Of a DNA stretch of 64,000 nucleotides, positions 18,501 to 32,758 are shown in pieces. Position 1 is the first letter of the stretch; every line of letters begins with the position of its first letter. The notes under the pieces are model-generated. The model was given only the letters and a program-made list of their open reading frames with translations, was not told the origin of the DNA and searched no databases. A program made the translations under genes and the position numbers. Source of the DNA: Azolla caroliniana (taxonomy: Eukaryota; Plantae; Polypodiophyta); the NCBI GenBank assembly GCA_043228905.1, contig JBHGNT010000002.1:23250001-23314000 (forward strand), written 5' to 3'.

Positions 18501-21500
18501 ATAATCCAAAATCAGACCCATGCAAAAAATTGCCAAGGGGCAAGTCCAATAGTAAAATGCAAAAGCACCATTGAATCTTGAGCAAGATTTGGCCAAGGTG
18601 GCATGGGTCAGTAGTACTTTGTATTAAGATTCAACAGATGTGCAAACATTGGAAAGGGGTTCTTGGCTATCCTCTGTAAGGTGCTTAGATACAAAGTTTA
18701 TTTAAAAACTTTATAGATCGGAGAGCATGATTTAAACTTAGGGCTACAATGAGCCTAAACTAAATGCAAGTGGAAAGGAGGAAGAGGAGATGGTTAAAAG
18801 TTCGTTTTAAGGTTATTAGGGTATTAGTGTTATAGGGTTGTGGAATTTGGGATTGGGGTTAGGGTTAGGATTTAGGATCAGTTTGAGGGTTTCGGGTTAA
18901 GGATAGTGGCAATTAGTCTCTTATCACTAACCATGAAAGGAATTCAAAAATATAGCCTGATGAGATTGAGTAGATGAATGATAAAATAACTAATTAACAC
19001 AAGAAAAGATAGGAAGATAGAAATTAGATAATTAAGAAAACATTAAAAAAACCAAAAATTGAGAGATGGAAGAGCAAGATAAACAGCCAAAAATGAGGTA
19101 ACTTTATAAGGGCAAATACATTTCATCTTGCAGAAAGACTCGGCAATGCCAAGTTACCTTTGTTTTTGAAGCTTGAGCAAGATTTGACCAAGGTGGCATG
19201 GGTCGCAGTCTACATCATGTATTGAATGGTGATGAAGTTTGCATAGAGGCTGCTATACTTCTCTCTGATGTGCTTGTAAGCTGGGCACTTGCACAAACTG
19301 TTCCTCACTCTTGATCTACCTTGACATAATTTGCTTCAACCTCTAACTGGTGGAAAAAAACTCTAAGTTGGACTACTTCTTTGCAAGCACCATGGGGCAT
19401 GTACACATGCATATGCCTCGTGATCAGCGCTGATTTGGTGAGGTAGAATGATGAAGGCTTTGATGGTTTGATTGGCTTCCCTTGTCCTGAGGATTTAATC
19501 AACTATGCTTCTGCTGCCTCCTAGTGAAAAGCATGCAAGGCAGTTCGTCCAATTGTAGATAAGTAGGTGGTGTCAAGATTTCACCAATACATGTTTGGAA
19601 TACCCTATATTGTTCTTGCATTGGCTGCCACAAGTTCAAGGGTCCGCAAAAGATATTGAGTGCATCATCTCTTGGTTTTCCATGTCATAGGTACCACATT
19701 TTATATTTTGCATCCTGGCATTGAAGTCTTCCTTGAGCAATACTCTGCCTAGAGTTGAGTACTGCATAATACTCTCAGATAGGACACTATAGGGCAAGTA
19801 GTCGCTTTGTGTCTGTCATTCAGTTCCTTGATTGCCCTCGTTCATCTCTGCATATCTTGATCCTTTAGGAGGGAAGTAACATAATGCAATGAATAAGACT
19901 CATGCATCTAAGAGCTCGAGTCGGATCCACATGTATCTGGCCTCTGTATCCCACGCCACTACCTGTATGTGTGGATGTAAGGTACCTGTGTCACACTTCA
20001 CTACCTGTATGGTACATCTCACCTGGCCCTCGTGATGTACCATGTCTAGTGGTTTGCGTGTATGCAGACTCCTATTGAACTCTGTAATGGAGGTACACCT
20101 TTCTCTAGGTTTGGGTGTTTCTCTATAATGAGCATTCTCATCCAGCCATGACCTCTGCCTTTCTTCCAAGAATGTCCAAAGTGCTCCATTGCAGTTCCAA
20201 ATCCGTATTTGGTGGCCTTGCTATGATAATGAAACGACCATCATGGCAAATGGCATTCTTGCCTTTATTGTGTACAGTGTTTTCTGTAGTTAATTTGCAT
20301 CTTTGTCATGTTGTTGTCAAGATAGGGGGCCCATCCAACCCACAGGACTTACTTTTCTATAATTTGTAATATGCGTATCCGAGCATCAGTGGTGTCTTTT
20401 CCTGCTCATCAAGATTTGATGAATTGGATCGCTTCTTCCTTGCTAGAACTGAGCTTGGTTCAAACTGTCCTTCCTTCTTGATTGGGAGTGGCATTTGGTA
20501 CCTCAAGGATGCCCATGGCTCACACATTGACTCATCTCACAGCATCATCCACTCTTCCTCAATTGCAGTGTGTACGATTGGATATCTTGTCATTTTAATT
20601 GATTTCTAGCTACCTCCACACATCCAGTCTCCTTGTACCTGACTTTTCTTTACACCAGACCCTAAATGTAGGACCAAACAGAGAGAAAGAGGGAGAGAGT
20701 CTGATTGATTGCTTTTCTTTTTCAGCAACTTACACCAGCCACATACTACGCCACACACAATCGAACTATTCCACCTGCACATCAAGGTAGAGATAACCCT
20801 CATGTGTTTTTTCTCCACAATATGTAAGCTTCAATTTGGACAATAAATCGTGAAGTATATTCTGTCACAATCTTTGCTCATTGCAGTGATATCAACTGAA
20901 GCAACCAACATTCTGATCCGACAATTTTATCAGCAAGCTGAGCAGAAGGTAATAATACGCTCTTTTAAATTTCATTTTTTCCCTAAATGTGGATATCTAT
21001 ATCTAGAATTTCTAGAATCTTTCTCACAGAAATATCGAGACAAGGTTAGTGTATCTAGATAGAACCATTAATGTTTCAGCTTCTTGGCATCGAGATTGTT
21101 ACATCAGTGTAAAGTGAATACCTTTTCATTGAAGTTGCTTCATACAAAAGAGAACTTCATCTATAGAGCTCTAAATCTCTCCAAACATCCAATTGCATTC
21201 ATAGGACACAGTTATTAGTTCTTTTCAATGTCAAAATGTTTTCTTCATAGATCCAGTGGGTTCTCCATGTATACGAATTTGGTAATTACCATTTTCACTT
21301 TGCCTGCTTTAGGTTAAGTTTAGTTGGAATTTATCCTAAAATCTCACAAAGTTCTGGAGATTCCTCCTTATTCTAGAAACATAAGGCACAGTTATTAATT
21401 CTTTTCAATGTCAAAATGTTTTCTTCATAGATCCAGTAGGTCCTCCTTGGACACAGATTTGGTAATCACCATCTTTACTTTGCCTGCTTTAGGTTAAGTT

Positions 21501-24237
21501 TAGTTAGAATTTTATCTCAAAATCTCACAAAGTTCTGGAGATTCCTCATTCTAGAAGCATTTAGTGTCATCTAGTTTTGGCATTTACATCTTTTTATGCT
21601 ACTTGGAAATTTCGTGAGAGGTCTATTAAACTATGATTCTTTGCCCCTTGTTGTACACTTCTTTGACAGAAGGTTTTTACCTTCTTAGTTTTACTGTTTA
21701 AAGCTTTATCACTACTATTAATGAACTTTGATGCACCCTAATTAAAGAAGCTCATTCTCCTAGTGTAAGTAGTTGGATCTTATGTAACTCTGAGGGAATT
21801 AGTCTGAAAATTTTTATACCCCGTATACTCTCACTGAATAAGTCTAATTTCATGTCCCTTGTTAATGTTGTCATTACTACACTCGATATTAAGTAAATTG
21901 AAAATATTTGAGGTCTAAGATTAAGTCCCTCATTTATTATGTTTTTTATTGTGAATAGCACCATACATATATGTATTAATGTATGTGCAGGGAGAGAACT
22001 CTCTTGCTTTTCCAAATTTAGAAATATATATATATATATATATATTATGTTTTGAAAAGACTATAATGGCCTTGATACCTTATACAGATTACAACTGTTA
22101 ATGTTATCTCCCCAATACAAGTAACAGAAGAAGAATCTCTTTCTGCTCTAGCTTGAAATATAATCATGAGTCACTAGTGATAATATATGGTGCCTGATTA
22201 TGAAATTGAAATTGCAGCTCTCTTAAAAATATCCATTATGGGGTGATCCAATATGGAAACATTAGTAGGACATGGAGTGACGGTCTCTGATAGTGTGTGA
22301 TGATGGCTTTGATCTTATTGAAGATATGCACATCAGAGTCAGTAGTCTAGGCTGGTGTCAGCAGAAATGAATGGTGGCTCTAGCTGTCATTACTCCTCTT
22401 GAGTTATGACTCCGAAATCTCCACTTTAGTCGGGAGTTTCATGTTTTTGTGAGTCATTACCCTATTAGTATCTGGGTAGAAGGAATCTGTCAAAGTTGTC
22501 CTCCGCCTGGGTGGATGTCGAGTGTCAACCTCTCCTCAAGAGTTTATCTTTGTCTCCTTATCTCTAGAAAGAACAATGTTGAGCATCTTTGATTAGTGAA
22601 CTTCATCAGTCTAGGGAAAGGTCTAAATCCTTTTATTTGGGCGAATGACACACATAGTGCTCCTCGTAATCAACTTCCTGATTGCACAGCTTGCATATAA
22701 AGTATATTCTTATATTGTCCTGTCTCTATCCCTGGCTGATGAAATGACTTCAAAGGGTTAAACTGTGTGTTTTGTGATGTGAGTTCTTTTACCGACGATC
22801 TTTCATCGTTAATTTTTCCGGGCTAAATCTTGCTAGCTATTGCTTCTTTTAGAAGGACGTTTATTCTGTTGGAGGGTGGCAGCTCCGGACTTGCACTCTC
22901 TTTCATCTTTATTATCTCTGTACCACATTCTCTCTTTTCCCAGATTCTTCTCTCCCTAGAATCTGCAACTCTTTAAATGCCTTCTCTCTCTAGAATCTGC
23001 AATGCTTTAAATGCCTTTTCTCTCTTCTATTTTTTCCAAGATATTCCCTTTTATTCCTAGTTTTTTGTACCTGTTTGGTAGTACAAGAGTCACTTAACTA
23101 CCAAACAGCCATTTCACCCACATTCCCCAATTTTGTATAAATAGGCTATACCAGCCTCTTTTGTATAGTTTTCATTTTCTATTTTGCTACTTAAAAACAA
23201 GCTCTATTCCTTGGCTGCGTCTCTACTCTTTGCAACCATTTTTTCTACTGCTGTCTAACAGCCTTCTCACAACTTGGCTGTGTCTTTTTTGTTTTAACTC
23301 TTCTGCTGCTGCTATTGACAGCTTTTCTCACATATTCAGTCAGTGGCGATACTTAAAGTAGATCTTCCTCTTACTTAGTGCCGGAATTCTTCATGGACAT
23401 GACTCTTTAAAGAAATGATGGAAGCTTAGTACTTTGCTTTACTTTGCTCTTTTATGTCTTCGTCTGGGTTAAAAATAAAATTTAAAAAACCCCTCTCCTT
23501 GTATTACCCCTAATAAATATTATATGTGTTTTTATATCATATACTGCCTACTCCCTATTCTTGTTAGTTAAACATATGAACCACCTGAAGAATATGTTTT
23601 TGTCTTTAAATGGATGTGTATACATACATTGATTCATTGGTTTGTAACTTATTATTGTATTCAAATGGTACATCATAGTAGTTACACAGACATCAGTTAA
23701 TGATACTGTATGGATTATATTGATATTTAGCATTGTATTTAAATCGTTTACATACATACGTGAATGATGCATCAATTATTCGCATGACTTATTATCTATC
23801 TTGGTATTATTGAGGTTTGCCACTTTTTGCTTACGTATATACATTACTAATGCAGTACTCATTAGCATCAAAATTTGTCACGTCATGCGCAAGGGACTGA
23901 TGTGTGGGTATTATACCACTTTACTTGTAACTGTTAGCATTAGGAACTTAGGAGATTCTTGAGATGAACCTGGAGACGGATAAAATAAGCTTAGTGGGTT
24001 GTAACTACTGAGCATTAGAAATTAAAACGTTCATAACATGAATATACAGACATGAAAATAGATTAAGTGAGTTCTATTGTTTTATTTTCTTATCTTCAGT
24101 TGAAAAAAAGGCCTGCCCAAGAATCTCCAGTGGTAGAACATGAGCATGCAAATAAGCAACAAAAAGGCTTAAATGACCCTGGTTATAGTGAAACCGAGTT
24201 ATCTACTGAAGTTTCTGGTGGAATTCATCGCAGATAG
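15549..24237 (+). CDS. DDA1: DET1- and DDB1-associated protein 1 (~114 aa), spliced
   Basis: Exons 15549-15632 ([28 protein letters not shown]), 20726-20786 (QLTPATYYATHNRTIPPAHQ), 20887-20948 (VISTEATNILIRQFYQQAEQK), 24100-24237 (LKKRPAQE...HRR*). All introns GT-AG with matching phases. Possible 5' UTR intron 15369-15485. Confidence 0.9.
16490..17900 (-). mobile_element. LINE (RTE/RTEX-like) 3' end relic in DDA1 intron 1
   Basis: Nucleotide similarity to 31400-32630 (e.g. ttgtccaatggcaacccttagtgcat), which encodes the C-terminal CCHC region. Boundaries are approximate. Confidence 0.75.
19480..20600 (-). mobile_element. LINE 5' relic with decayed apurinic endonuclease domain
   Basis: Frame-broken translations IRIWNCNGALW, ARYMWIRLE, LFIALCYFPPKG, RVLLKEDFNARM (GDFN-like) and GGSRSIVD (SxIDY-like). 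Confidence 0.7.
21200..21558. repeat. Tandem duplication of a ~180-bp unit in DDA1 intron 3
   Basis: cata..cacagttatta.ttcttttcaatgtcaaaatgttttcttcatagatccagt at 21200 and 21380; both units end ttctggagattcctc..ttctagaa. Confidence 0.9.
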
Positions 24238-25069
24238 CCCTTTTTGCCATCGTCCAATACAGCCATTTGTTTAATAAACTTGTATTTCTACATTCAGTTT
24301 TTATCTCTTTTTTTGGGCAACAAAAGAAGTGAAAAGAAATACTTGATCATGTTTAATCTCTAGTTTTAAAACATTCTTGCGAGGAAACCAAGGAAATCAA
24401 AAATCAGATCAGGAATTTTCAAAACAGCATGATCATGTTTTTATAATGGTACATGTTAACCATTTGACCTTCCCCATCATTGTATTCCATCCCACTACCA
24501 AATTCTGATTTATAATAGTAATACCATCTATCTTGAGTTTATAGTCTCCTTGTGTTTCCTATTGGTTAATCTCCAATAGTTATGTCATTAGTCTTAATAT
24601 TGTCATTATGGTTTACATAATATGTTATGCCCTATAGCTATCATGACCAAAAACTACATTTTGGCCAAACACCTTGTTTATATGTTACTTTTGGGCCAGG
24701 AAGCTTCTTTTTGCTTATTGGGTTGGATTCTTGAAAGACACTTGTTTAGGTCCAAGTTCCTTGCTTGTTAGTAGTTATTGATTTGTTTCTTGGCTTGTAT
24801 GTGTTCATGTTTAGTTATCAACTATTTAAATTCAAGGTTCTTAATGATTGTCATCTTGGATCACCATGTGATTAGTGGTCGCATTGGTGATCCAAGATGA
24901 CCCTTCATTTGTTATCCTAGCTCTACACTTGTTCCTATATTTTTTTACCAACGTCTTGATGTATGGAAATGGTTAACAACATCTAGTGTCATTACACAAT
25001 TCTACATGAATTACGCAAAAATGTTTCATTTTTCATTACATGGTCATATTTTACTTTTGAGGGGGATAT

Positions 25070-25072
<3 letters not shown>

Positions 25073-25159
<87 letters not shown>
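25073..25159. repeat. (CT)n(CA)n compound microsatellite
   Basis: Seen directly in the sequence. Confidence 0.95.
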
Positions 25160-25162
<3 letters not shown>

Positions 25163-25899
25163 CTATAGGTGTAGAGTTCAAATCTGTAACAATGTGACGC
25201 AGATTAAGGAGCATTATTCCTTTTAAAAACCATGTTCTTCACAAAACGGGGAAACCGTACACATCAATATATGTTAGAGCCCATCTTGTCGTCTACTATT
25301 TGAACCATTGCTTTTATGTGACTTAGCTCACATGCATTGCAATGTGAGACAGGTCGTTGGGGCACAAGTGATGATTGTAGTTGACTGTGCACACTTTGCC
25401 AAGCTCCAGAAGCTAGAAGCTTTTAGAAAGCTCCGAAAGCTGGAACATTCCAGAAGGTTGTGCATGAAAATGAGTCTATGCATGGAACTACATTTAGAGC
25501 CCACAAACATGTATAAATATAGGGGTTCACCTTGGCCTTGTTCAAGGTGAACATCACTAGTTACGAAAGCATAATTCAGTTCTTGTTCTCTTGTCTTTTC
25601 TCTCTCTCTTTCTTGTTCTCTTGTCTATGCTCTCTCTCTCTCTCTCTCTTAGTATTGAGCCTCGTCTACTCTTTCGTGACAGGTCAAAACATCTCAGTGG
25701 AAGCTAACATTCTTTATCCATTGAAACAATTGCAACCATGTGTATGTCTTTACAAGCAACAATGATAAAGTTACAAAATGAAGTACATGCTTGCAATGTG
25801 AAAGAAATGATGCTTTAACATACGGTGGATTTGCAAACATTGGAGATAAAAAAGTTTGTAAAGTAAGAAGGATTCGAAAAAGTTACTAGTGGGGATAGA

Positions 25900-26090
25900 G
25901 TTATGGTTCTCTTGTTATATGTAGATGATGCATTTTTTACAAACACTCTAGAATATGCACAAAAGCTTGAGAGTGTATTAGAAAACTTTTGTATACATAG
26001 AAGTTGAGTGTCAATAGCTCAAAACAAAGCTTAGACTTGTGAAGACTCAATTTTGTAAGGATAAGTTTGCATTGTGTTTGATAATGGGTC
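25900..26090 (+). mobile_element. LINE RT fragment
   Basis: Translates VLLLYVDDAFFTNTLEYAQKLESVLENFC, a YADD-like motif; similar to the 41354-41641 relic. Confidence 0.55.
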
Positions 26091-26784
26091 ACTTAAGTCA
26101 ATAGATGACACTAACAAGGGTAAACCATTGGGATAATTATATTATGAATTCATATTCTTATCATTGTGTTACACACACATGCTAACTCATAGCAATGTTG
26201 CTTGCATGCATCACACTCTAATACATGGGCACCAAGTAGCACTCACACATCACATCAATCTTGAGCTTCTAGTCATGCCCCTAGTTGTAATGATCTAATT
26301 TACTTAGTAAAGTTTGAGAATTCATATCACCTTGATCAAATCACCATTCTCTCTATCTTTCTCCGCACACTCGCTCTCTTACATCGATCACTCTTTGCTC
26401 ACTCTCAACTCTCTTTTGCACGCTCTAACATTGAATGGATGGAAGATATAAATAAATGGTTTGGAGAAAGGAATTATCACATTTGCTTCATGATACATCA
26501 ATAGGTTCTTCCATGAATGAGGCTATTTTACAATTCCAGAGTATCATGGCTTGGAAAAAATCATACATTGGATTGTGTATGCGACACCAAACTACAAATT
26601 TGACTTCTTTTCCAAATGAGAAGACCACATTCATCAATGCATGGTAGAGCCCATCCTTTGCTTGCAACTTAACTTACATCATTTCTTTTGTGTGAGTGAA
26701 CTTGCCTTCTCTTCATTGTGAGGCAAGGTTTGAGCATAAGTTTGGAGAATTGTTTACTATTTTCTTGGGGTGGTTCAAGAGTTT

Positions 26785-27520
26785 TTTTTTCCAAAAAAAA
26801 ACTCCTTCCATTAGTTATAAAATTTTACAAATGAGACGATTATGTACAAATCCCTGTAGGGACGCAATAGTTCCATCTTATGTGGATGCCCACTGACTCA
26901 AGAAAGGGAAAGGACGACCATTGTTGGATGAAGGTTATGCGTTGTCTTTCAACTCCCTCGGAGCCGCCCTTAAGGCCATCATATTGGCTCTTTAGAGTGG
27001 CTACAATTTCACTCCATATCTCTTGCAGTAACCTTGTTGGATGGGCGGTTTGGTTGGAGAAGACTCGCCTACATCGTTGTTTCCATAGAATCCAAAGGGT
27101 TATTGGGCTGACCAATTCCAACACCTCTTGAGATTTGTCATTAAGAGGAATAGAGTGAACATTGCCGTTGGAGAAGAAAAGGACCTCTTGTGCTTTTATC
27201 ACCAAAGTCATCCCCTCCTCCTGATGCTCGTATCGGCCAATTGCAGCCTGCCATGATAGCCAACATATATTTCCCCACTTGATTGAACCTTACACCTGGC
27301 ATAATTGCAACAAGCGGCCACCCCCCCGCCATATTCGATGGGACATTAGGCAGTCTCACAGAGCGTGTCGTATTGATTCTACTACATTTGGGCACTCTAC
27401 ACAATTAGGAGAGATAAGGTTCCCACGTTGCCATGCTCCCACCGGTAGGGACTTATGTATTAATAGGGGTGGTTCAAGAGTTAGAGTATCATATTTTGAA
27501 ATAGTGCAAATATGACTTAG
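26785..27520 (-). mobile_element. L1-like LINE 3' fragment (copy 1)
   Basis: ORF2 C-terminus ITLWILWKQRCRRVF, upstream zinc-finger remnant, and a T-run (A-tail) at ~26782-26790. Confidence 0.8.
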
Positions 27521-30500
27521 CTCGCATTCTCTTCAATGTGAGACAAGGCTTGGGCATAGGAATCCCAAAGTCAAAGCATATATTTTGAAACAATGCACAT
27601 TTTTTCAACCACATCTTAGCTTCTTTTTATGCATAATCAATTCAAACCACTTCCTACACACGTTCCTCTCACAGTCATAATGTGTGTTCTCTATTTAAAT
27701 GGTTATTGGTAAAATTCTTGAACATTGAGAGTAACTCCATTCCACATGTACTATGTAAAAATGCTTGATTTTTGTGCCATAGTTCATATTTGACCTTTGA
27801 GACAATGAGAACAATAAATTTATCTATCTATCTTTGGGATCCCATTTGTATTGACTCCTCCAACTTTATGCCTATGTTTGAAAGGATGAACATTTTTAGG
27901 GAACCCTTAGCATGTAACTTTAACATACATGTAAAGGAGGATCATACATTTGGTCAAGACATAATATTTCATATTGGATCTTGAGACTAGACGCTTAAAC
28001 ATAACAATTGTTTTCCCCTACATTATGAAGTGGGAATTTCATTTTGTCCATCTATGTATGAAGGTAGAGGATTCCGCTAGTTTACATATGATTTTTATGC
28101 TCTTTCCTAGTGAATTCTCGTCTTTCAAAGGACAAGTTTTGTTTGGTCTTGATTAACTTCATCCCTAGTATATCAATAAGTTTACTAGTGTTTTCTAGAA
28201 ATGATCCCTTGCTTGAATGGGATGTGCCTTGGAGCAAACATTTATCATCAAATTTGTGCATAATCATTGGGAATAGAGCATTGTGTGATGTTTATGTTTT
28301 CAATGGCCCTACATATGATTTTATGTTCTTTCTTGATGGATATTTCTCTTTCATGGGACACGAATTTGTCCATGACCAACTTTATCTATAATATCATGAG
28401 ACACGAATTTTCTAGTGCTTTTCGGGAGAGGCTCCTTGCTTGACTGGGGCATGGCTTACAAGTGAGCAAGCATTCATGGTCCAACTTGTGCATAATCATT
28501 GGGAACTCAACATTTTGTCATGTTTATGCCTTTAGTGGCCTCATATCCTTTGGTGGAAAGTAACATTAGGACAAAGATTCCCCTTATAAACAATTTCTTC
28601 ATTAGTGCTACTCTTCCACATGAACAAAGGTATGGTAAAGTTGTGATAATACATAATCACATTTAGAAAAATTAAATAAATATGACTAAAGAGTAAACAT
28701 CTAAAATCCAATTCATGAGAACTTAATTGCTACCTAATCATCCCCAATAATTGTAAGAATATTAAGGAATCAAAGGTGTGCTAAAGTTTCTCAAATGCCT
28801 TGAAGCATCACTAAAGCGCACATCGATTTACAACTATTGGGGGGACAAGGGGCGGATAAAAAAAGAAAGATCCAATAACCCTTCCTTTACATGTGGAACC
28901 TATTATGCATAAAGATGGGGCGAAACTCCAATAATCCATAATAATCTTCAATAAGGTGAGGTTTACATAAATAATGGTCACAAGTTATAACTTATAACAA
29001 TAAAAATGTGAATGTTTATAAAAGATAAGTCCATGTAAAGGTCATCCTTTGAATACAAAGATATGATCCATTTCTTTCTTCACATCAATTAGCATTGCCT
29101 CTCTAGAATGAAGGAGTCTATGTTTTGAGAAGCCTGGTTCTAAACAGAAACATTATTTGTGAATGTTAAAACTAGTTAGTGAGAGGACCATTTGTAATAG
29201 GTTGCCCCTTACCTTATGTTTATTTTCCACATTATAAACATGGAGAGTCTCCATTAAAAAAGTCTACAAATGGAGTAAGATCATAAATACTTAAGTAATT
29301 ATTGCACGAACACTTCATTGTATTGTTTGACATGCTGTCTCTTATGAAAATGGTTCAATTGCTCATACCCATGCATTTTGATTGTATTGAACTATTGAAT
29401 ATTTCGGGCTATGATAACACCTTAACTATAGAGGTAGACTCTCTTCCACCTTATTTAGAGTGTTATAACTAGAATGTTGACATGAGTGCTTATAGAGTCA
29501 TCGAATTGCCTACTCTACAATGTGAAACGAGAATAATGAACGTTGTACATTGATGGTCGTTTTCCGATTTTTTCCCCCCAAAACCCTACAATCTTTAAGG
29601 TCTGTGTGTGTAGAAGCCGTAGTTAAAAGTGTAAAACATATGATTTCACTTCATTTTGAAGGTTATATTTTATTGTATATACTTCAAAATATAACAATTC
29701 AGCTAAGTAGCAAGAAGGGTGAGCCTTGATCCTTGATGGTTTTTCTTATTCATTAGTTATAAAAAGTTAAATTCTTGGAGGCATGGGGAGGGAATAAGTA
29801 GTAACAATAATGCGATGTAACATAAATGCATATTTTAATAATTAAATGTAGTCCAATAAACTGCCCCCACAGTGGGTAAGTTAATCGTAAAGTACAAGCA
29901 AAGAGCATGTGTTAAACATTCCAATTTGCACAAGTTGTAGTAATTGGATCATTTTTAAAAAAAAGGATGAAAAACTTTACTTTTTCATTAGGTCATCCCA
30001 ATATACCTACAAATTTTCATACTATGCTTCATTTTTTTGGCGTAACTTTATCTTTGTTCTATTTTCAAAGGAAAAGTGTTTCTAATACATATAAGAACGT
30101 GAAACCGAAGGGCGCATTTTATACGTAAGCCTAAAACAAAGGGCGTTTGAAGTCAAAAACCATCAACGGACAACCCTAAGCGTAATGCTCCAACTTCATT
30201 ATTATTCGCCTTGTTGGCATTGCCCCATCAATCCAACTGATATCCCAACTAAAAGTTAAAAAAATGGCCAACTATTCACAAGTTATAGATGCCCAAGTAG
30301 CTAGTTGGAAAACCTCTTGTCAGAGCTTGGTTTGACCCTAGGTGGAAAAATTTGTTCACTCAAATAAAAATTCTATGACTTGGTCATCCAAGTGCATGGT
30401 AACAAGTGGTCTACCCCACAAATTTTGCAACTAGCAATTTTGTAATATGTCGTCTTGAATATGAGTTTATGATCTCCTCATTGGAGGTATGGCAACAATG

Positions 30501-31298
30501 CCCTGTAGAGTTGTCACATACGAACTAAGTTGAGGTAGACACCCTACATATTCTATCAATGATCTCTTCTACATTGCATAGATCTAGCAATGCAATAGCT
30601 AACTAAGCTCACAATAACTAGCAGTCATTTTACAAAACACAACTATACAACTAGCATTGTTGCCTTCTCACAAGCCCTAATCCTTGTCCTTAAAATATTT
30701 ATGGTCTAGAGAGTTCACACTAGTCCAACCAAATGGCATTTTCCTCGGACTGCCCCATTTACAACAGCCTCCAATTTTTGTGGTCAATTTTTATTTATTT
30801 GATCATTCACCTCCACCACCATAGATCTCATGTTAACAATTTATATGCCATTTCATCATGGACTTTCGTCAGCACACTCACATCTAGTCGTACTCATTGG
30901 CCCACCTATAACATCGGAACCAAAGATTGCATGCCAAAAATGTCACAGGTTTCCATTTGGGCGACTCAATTTCCGAACTTTGTCCGCCCAAAATCCAGTG
31001 ATGATATTGGCATTGTACCACAATAACATGGATTCATTTGATCTCCCCCCCCCTTCTCATCAAAAGACAATGGCCGCCTGACCATTTATGCACGTTTGTG
31101 AGCGGTGATGACCGTGTGCCATGTAATGAGGGATTTCCTTTGCATGGTCATGCACGACACACCCGTAGCATATTTTCCATGGACAAACGAGATTTGAGCA
31201 TGTATTGTCGGTGTCGAGGAAACATGCCGGCCATCATAAGGAAGAGGCTAAATGTGGAGATGTATGTCTTGGTCCTACGGAATCCGAATTTTCTTTGG

Positions 31299-31302
<4 letters not shown>

Positions 31303-31357
<55 letters not shown>

Positions 31358-31368
31358 AAGAAAGAAAG
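31303..31368. repeat. (GT)n(GA)n microsatellite
   Basis: Seen directly in the sequence. Confidence 0.9.
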
Positions 31369-31399
31369 ATATATTAACATCTTCTAAGGCCAAAAAATG

Positions 31400-32630
31400 A
31401 GTATTTATCCAATCATCATAACTAAAATAAAATAAAGTAAAAATAGAACTTAAGCTAAAAGAGTTCTAGTAGTGTGCAAAACATGGTATACTCGATAAAG
31501 GAAGTGACTTTACACTAAGCTTAATTTTATTTCCACCCAAGCCTCTCGAAAAGAAGTGGGAGGTCAAAGGGTTTTGGTGTGGGTGTGACCCGTGGTCCCA
31601 ATGTAGAGAGTGTCCTAGCCATGGTTTCTAGGCAATGTAGCTCACGTTCCCTTATTTTCATTTCTGTTTTTGCACCACGTCGAGTTGATTCTGGTTCTTC
31701 TTTGGTTTTCTGCCTCATCAAGGGAAAAGCCAAGTGGTGCAGGTGTGTCGACATTCGTTGTCTCCCCTTGTTCCTGAAAAACTTCTTTTGTTACATGTTG
31801 GTGAACATTAGCAACATTATTGTCAACATTTTGTAACTTATTCTCTCTATGTTGTTTTAGTTCTAGAATGTATTTGCCTAATTTCTTTATATCTAGAGTA
31901 TCTAATAGTTTGGGGAGGGTAGGAGAGGACTCAAGTAGGTCTTGGTATTTTGCCCTTATCTCGGCGTAGGTTGGACACTTGCATGTAAAGTGATACTCAT
32001 CCTCTATCTCTATGTGGCATAACCTACATATCCTTTCCTCCCTAGGGACTCCATTAGTACGATCACTCTCAATCTCAAGTTGGTGGGATGATATTCGAAG
32101 TTGTCCAATGGCAACCCTTAGTGCATGTGGTAAGAATACATCTAGATATTTTGGCCTCGTGATAAAACCTAACATAGAGAAGTGCATGAAGTGTTCCTTA
32201 TAATACAACATTTTAGATGGGAGTGGCTCTAGTGGGGTGATCCATTTATACCGAGTGTAAATTTGTCATATTTCTTGGCGTATTACTTTATTGCGGTCCT
32301 CATTAGAGATTAAAGTGTTATCAATCATGTGGTTGTACCTAAGGGGAGGTAGGTTATTAATGTCTAGACCATTCGCAAGAAGCCAACTCACGATCATGTC
32401 ATACCATGAGCTAGTATAACCGAACTCATACAGTGATCGAGAGGCCTTAAAGGCTTGATATTAAGATATTCTATCATGTGGTTGGCTATGTATCCTGTGA
32501 ATAAAGACTACAAGTTGGAAAAGTGCTTCTACTAACATTGGGGGTAAAGTGAACGCAGCCCTAATAATGTCATGTGGTACTGTCGATTTGCTTCGGAGTT
32601 GGCGTGATAACATCATCACCAATGGTCTAA
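31400..32630 (-). mobile_element. LINE (RTE/RTEX-like) 3' fragment
   Basis: ORF 31642-32211: IGQLRISSHQLEIE...EERICRLCHIEIEDEYHFTCKCPTY, a non-LTR ORF2 C-terminal CCHC region. Confidence 0.8.
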
Positions 32631-32635
32631 GTTCC

Positions 32636-32637
<2 letters not shown>

Positions 32638-32717
<80 letters not shown>

Positions 32718-32758
32718 TGTGTGTGTGAGAGAGAGAGAGAGAGTGTGTGTGTGTGTGT
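32638..32758. repeat. Alternating (GA)n/(GT)n compound microsatellite
   Basis: Three GA/GT blocks in series upstream of the cystatin gene. Confidence 0.95.

Noticed and set aside
25290-25681. Solo LTR candidate (TATAAATATAGGGG box, ends CGTGACA)
   Set aside because: Could not fix a 5' TG boundary with a matching TSD.
27520-31300. AT-rich region with a diverged ~240-bp duplication (~28170-28550)
   Set aside because: Probably decayed TE sequence, but no motif supports a call.
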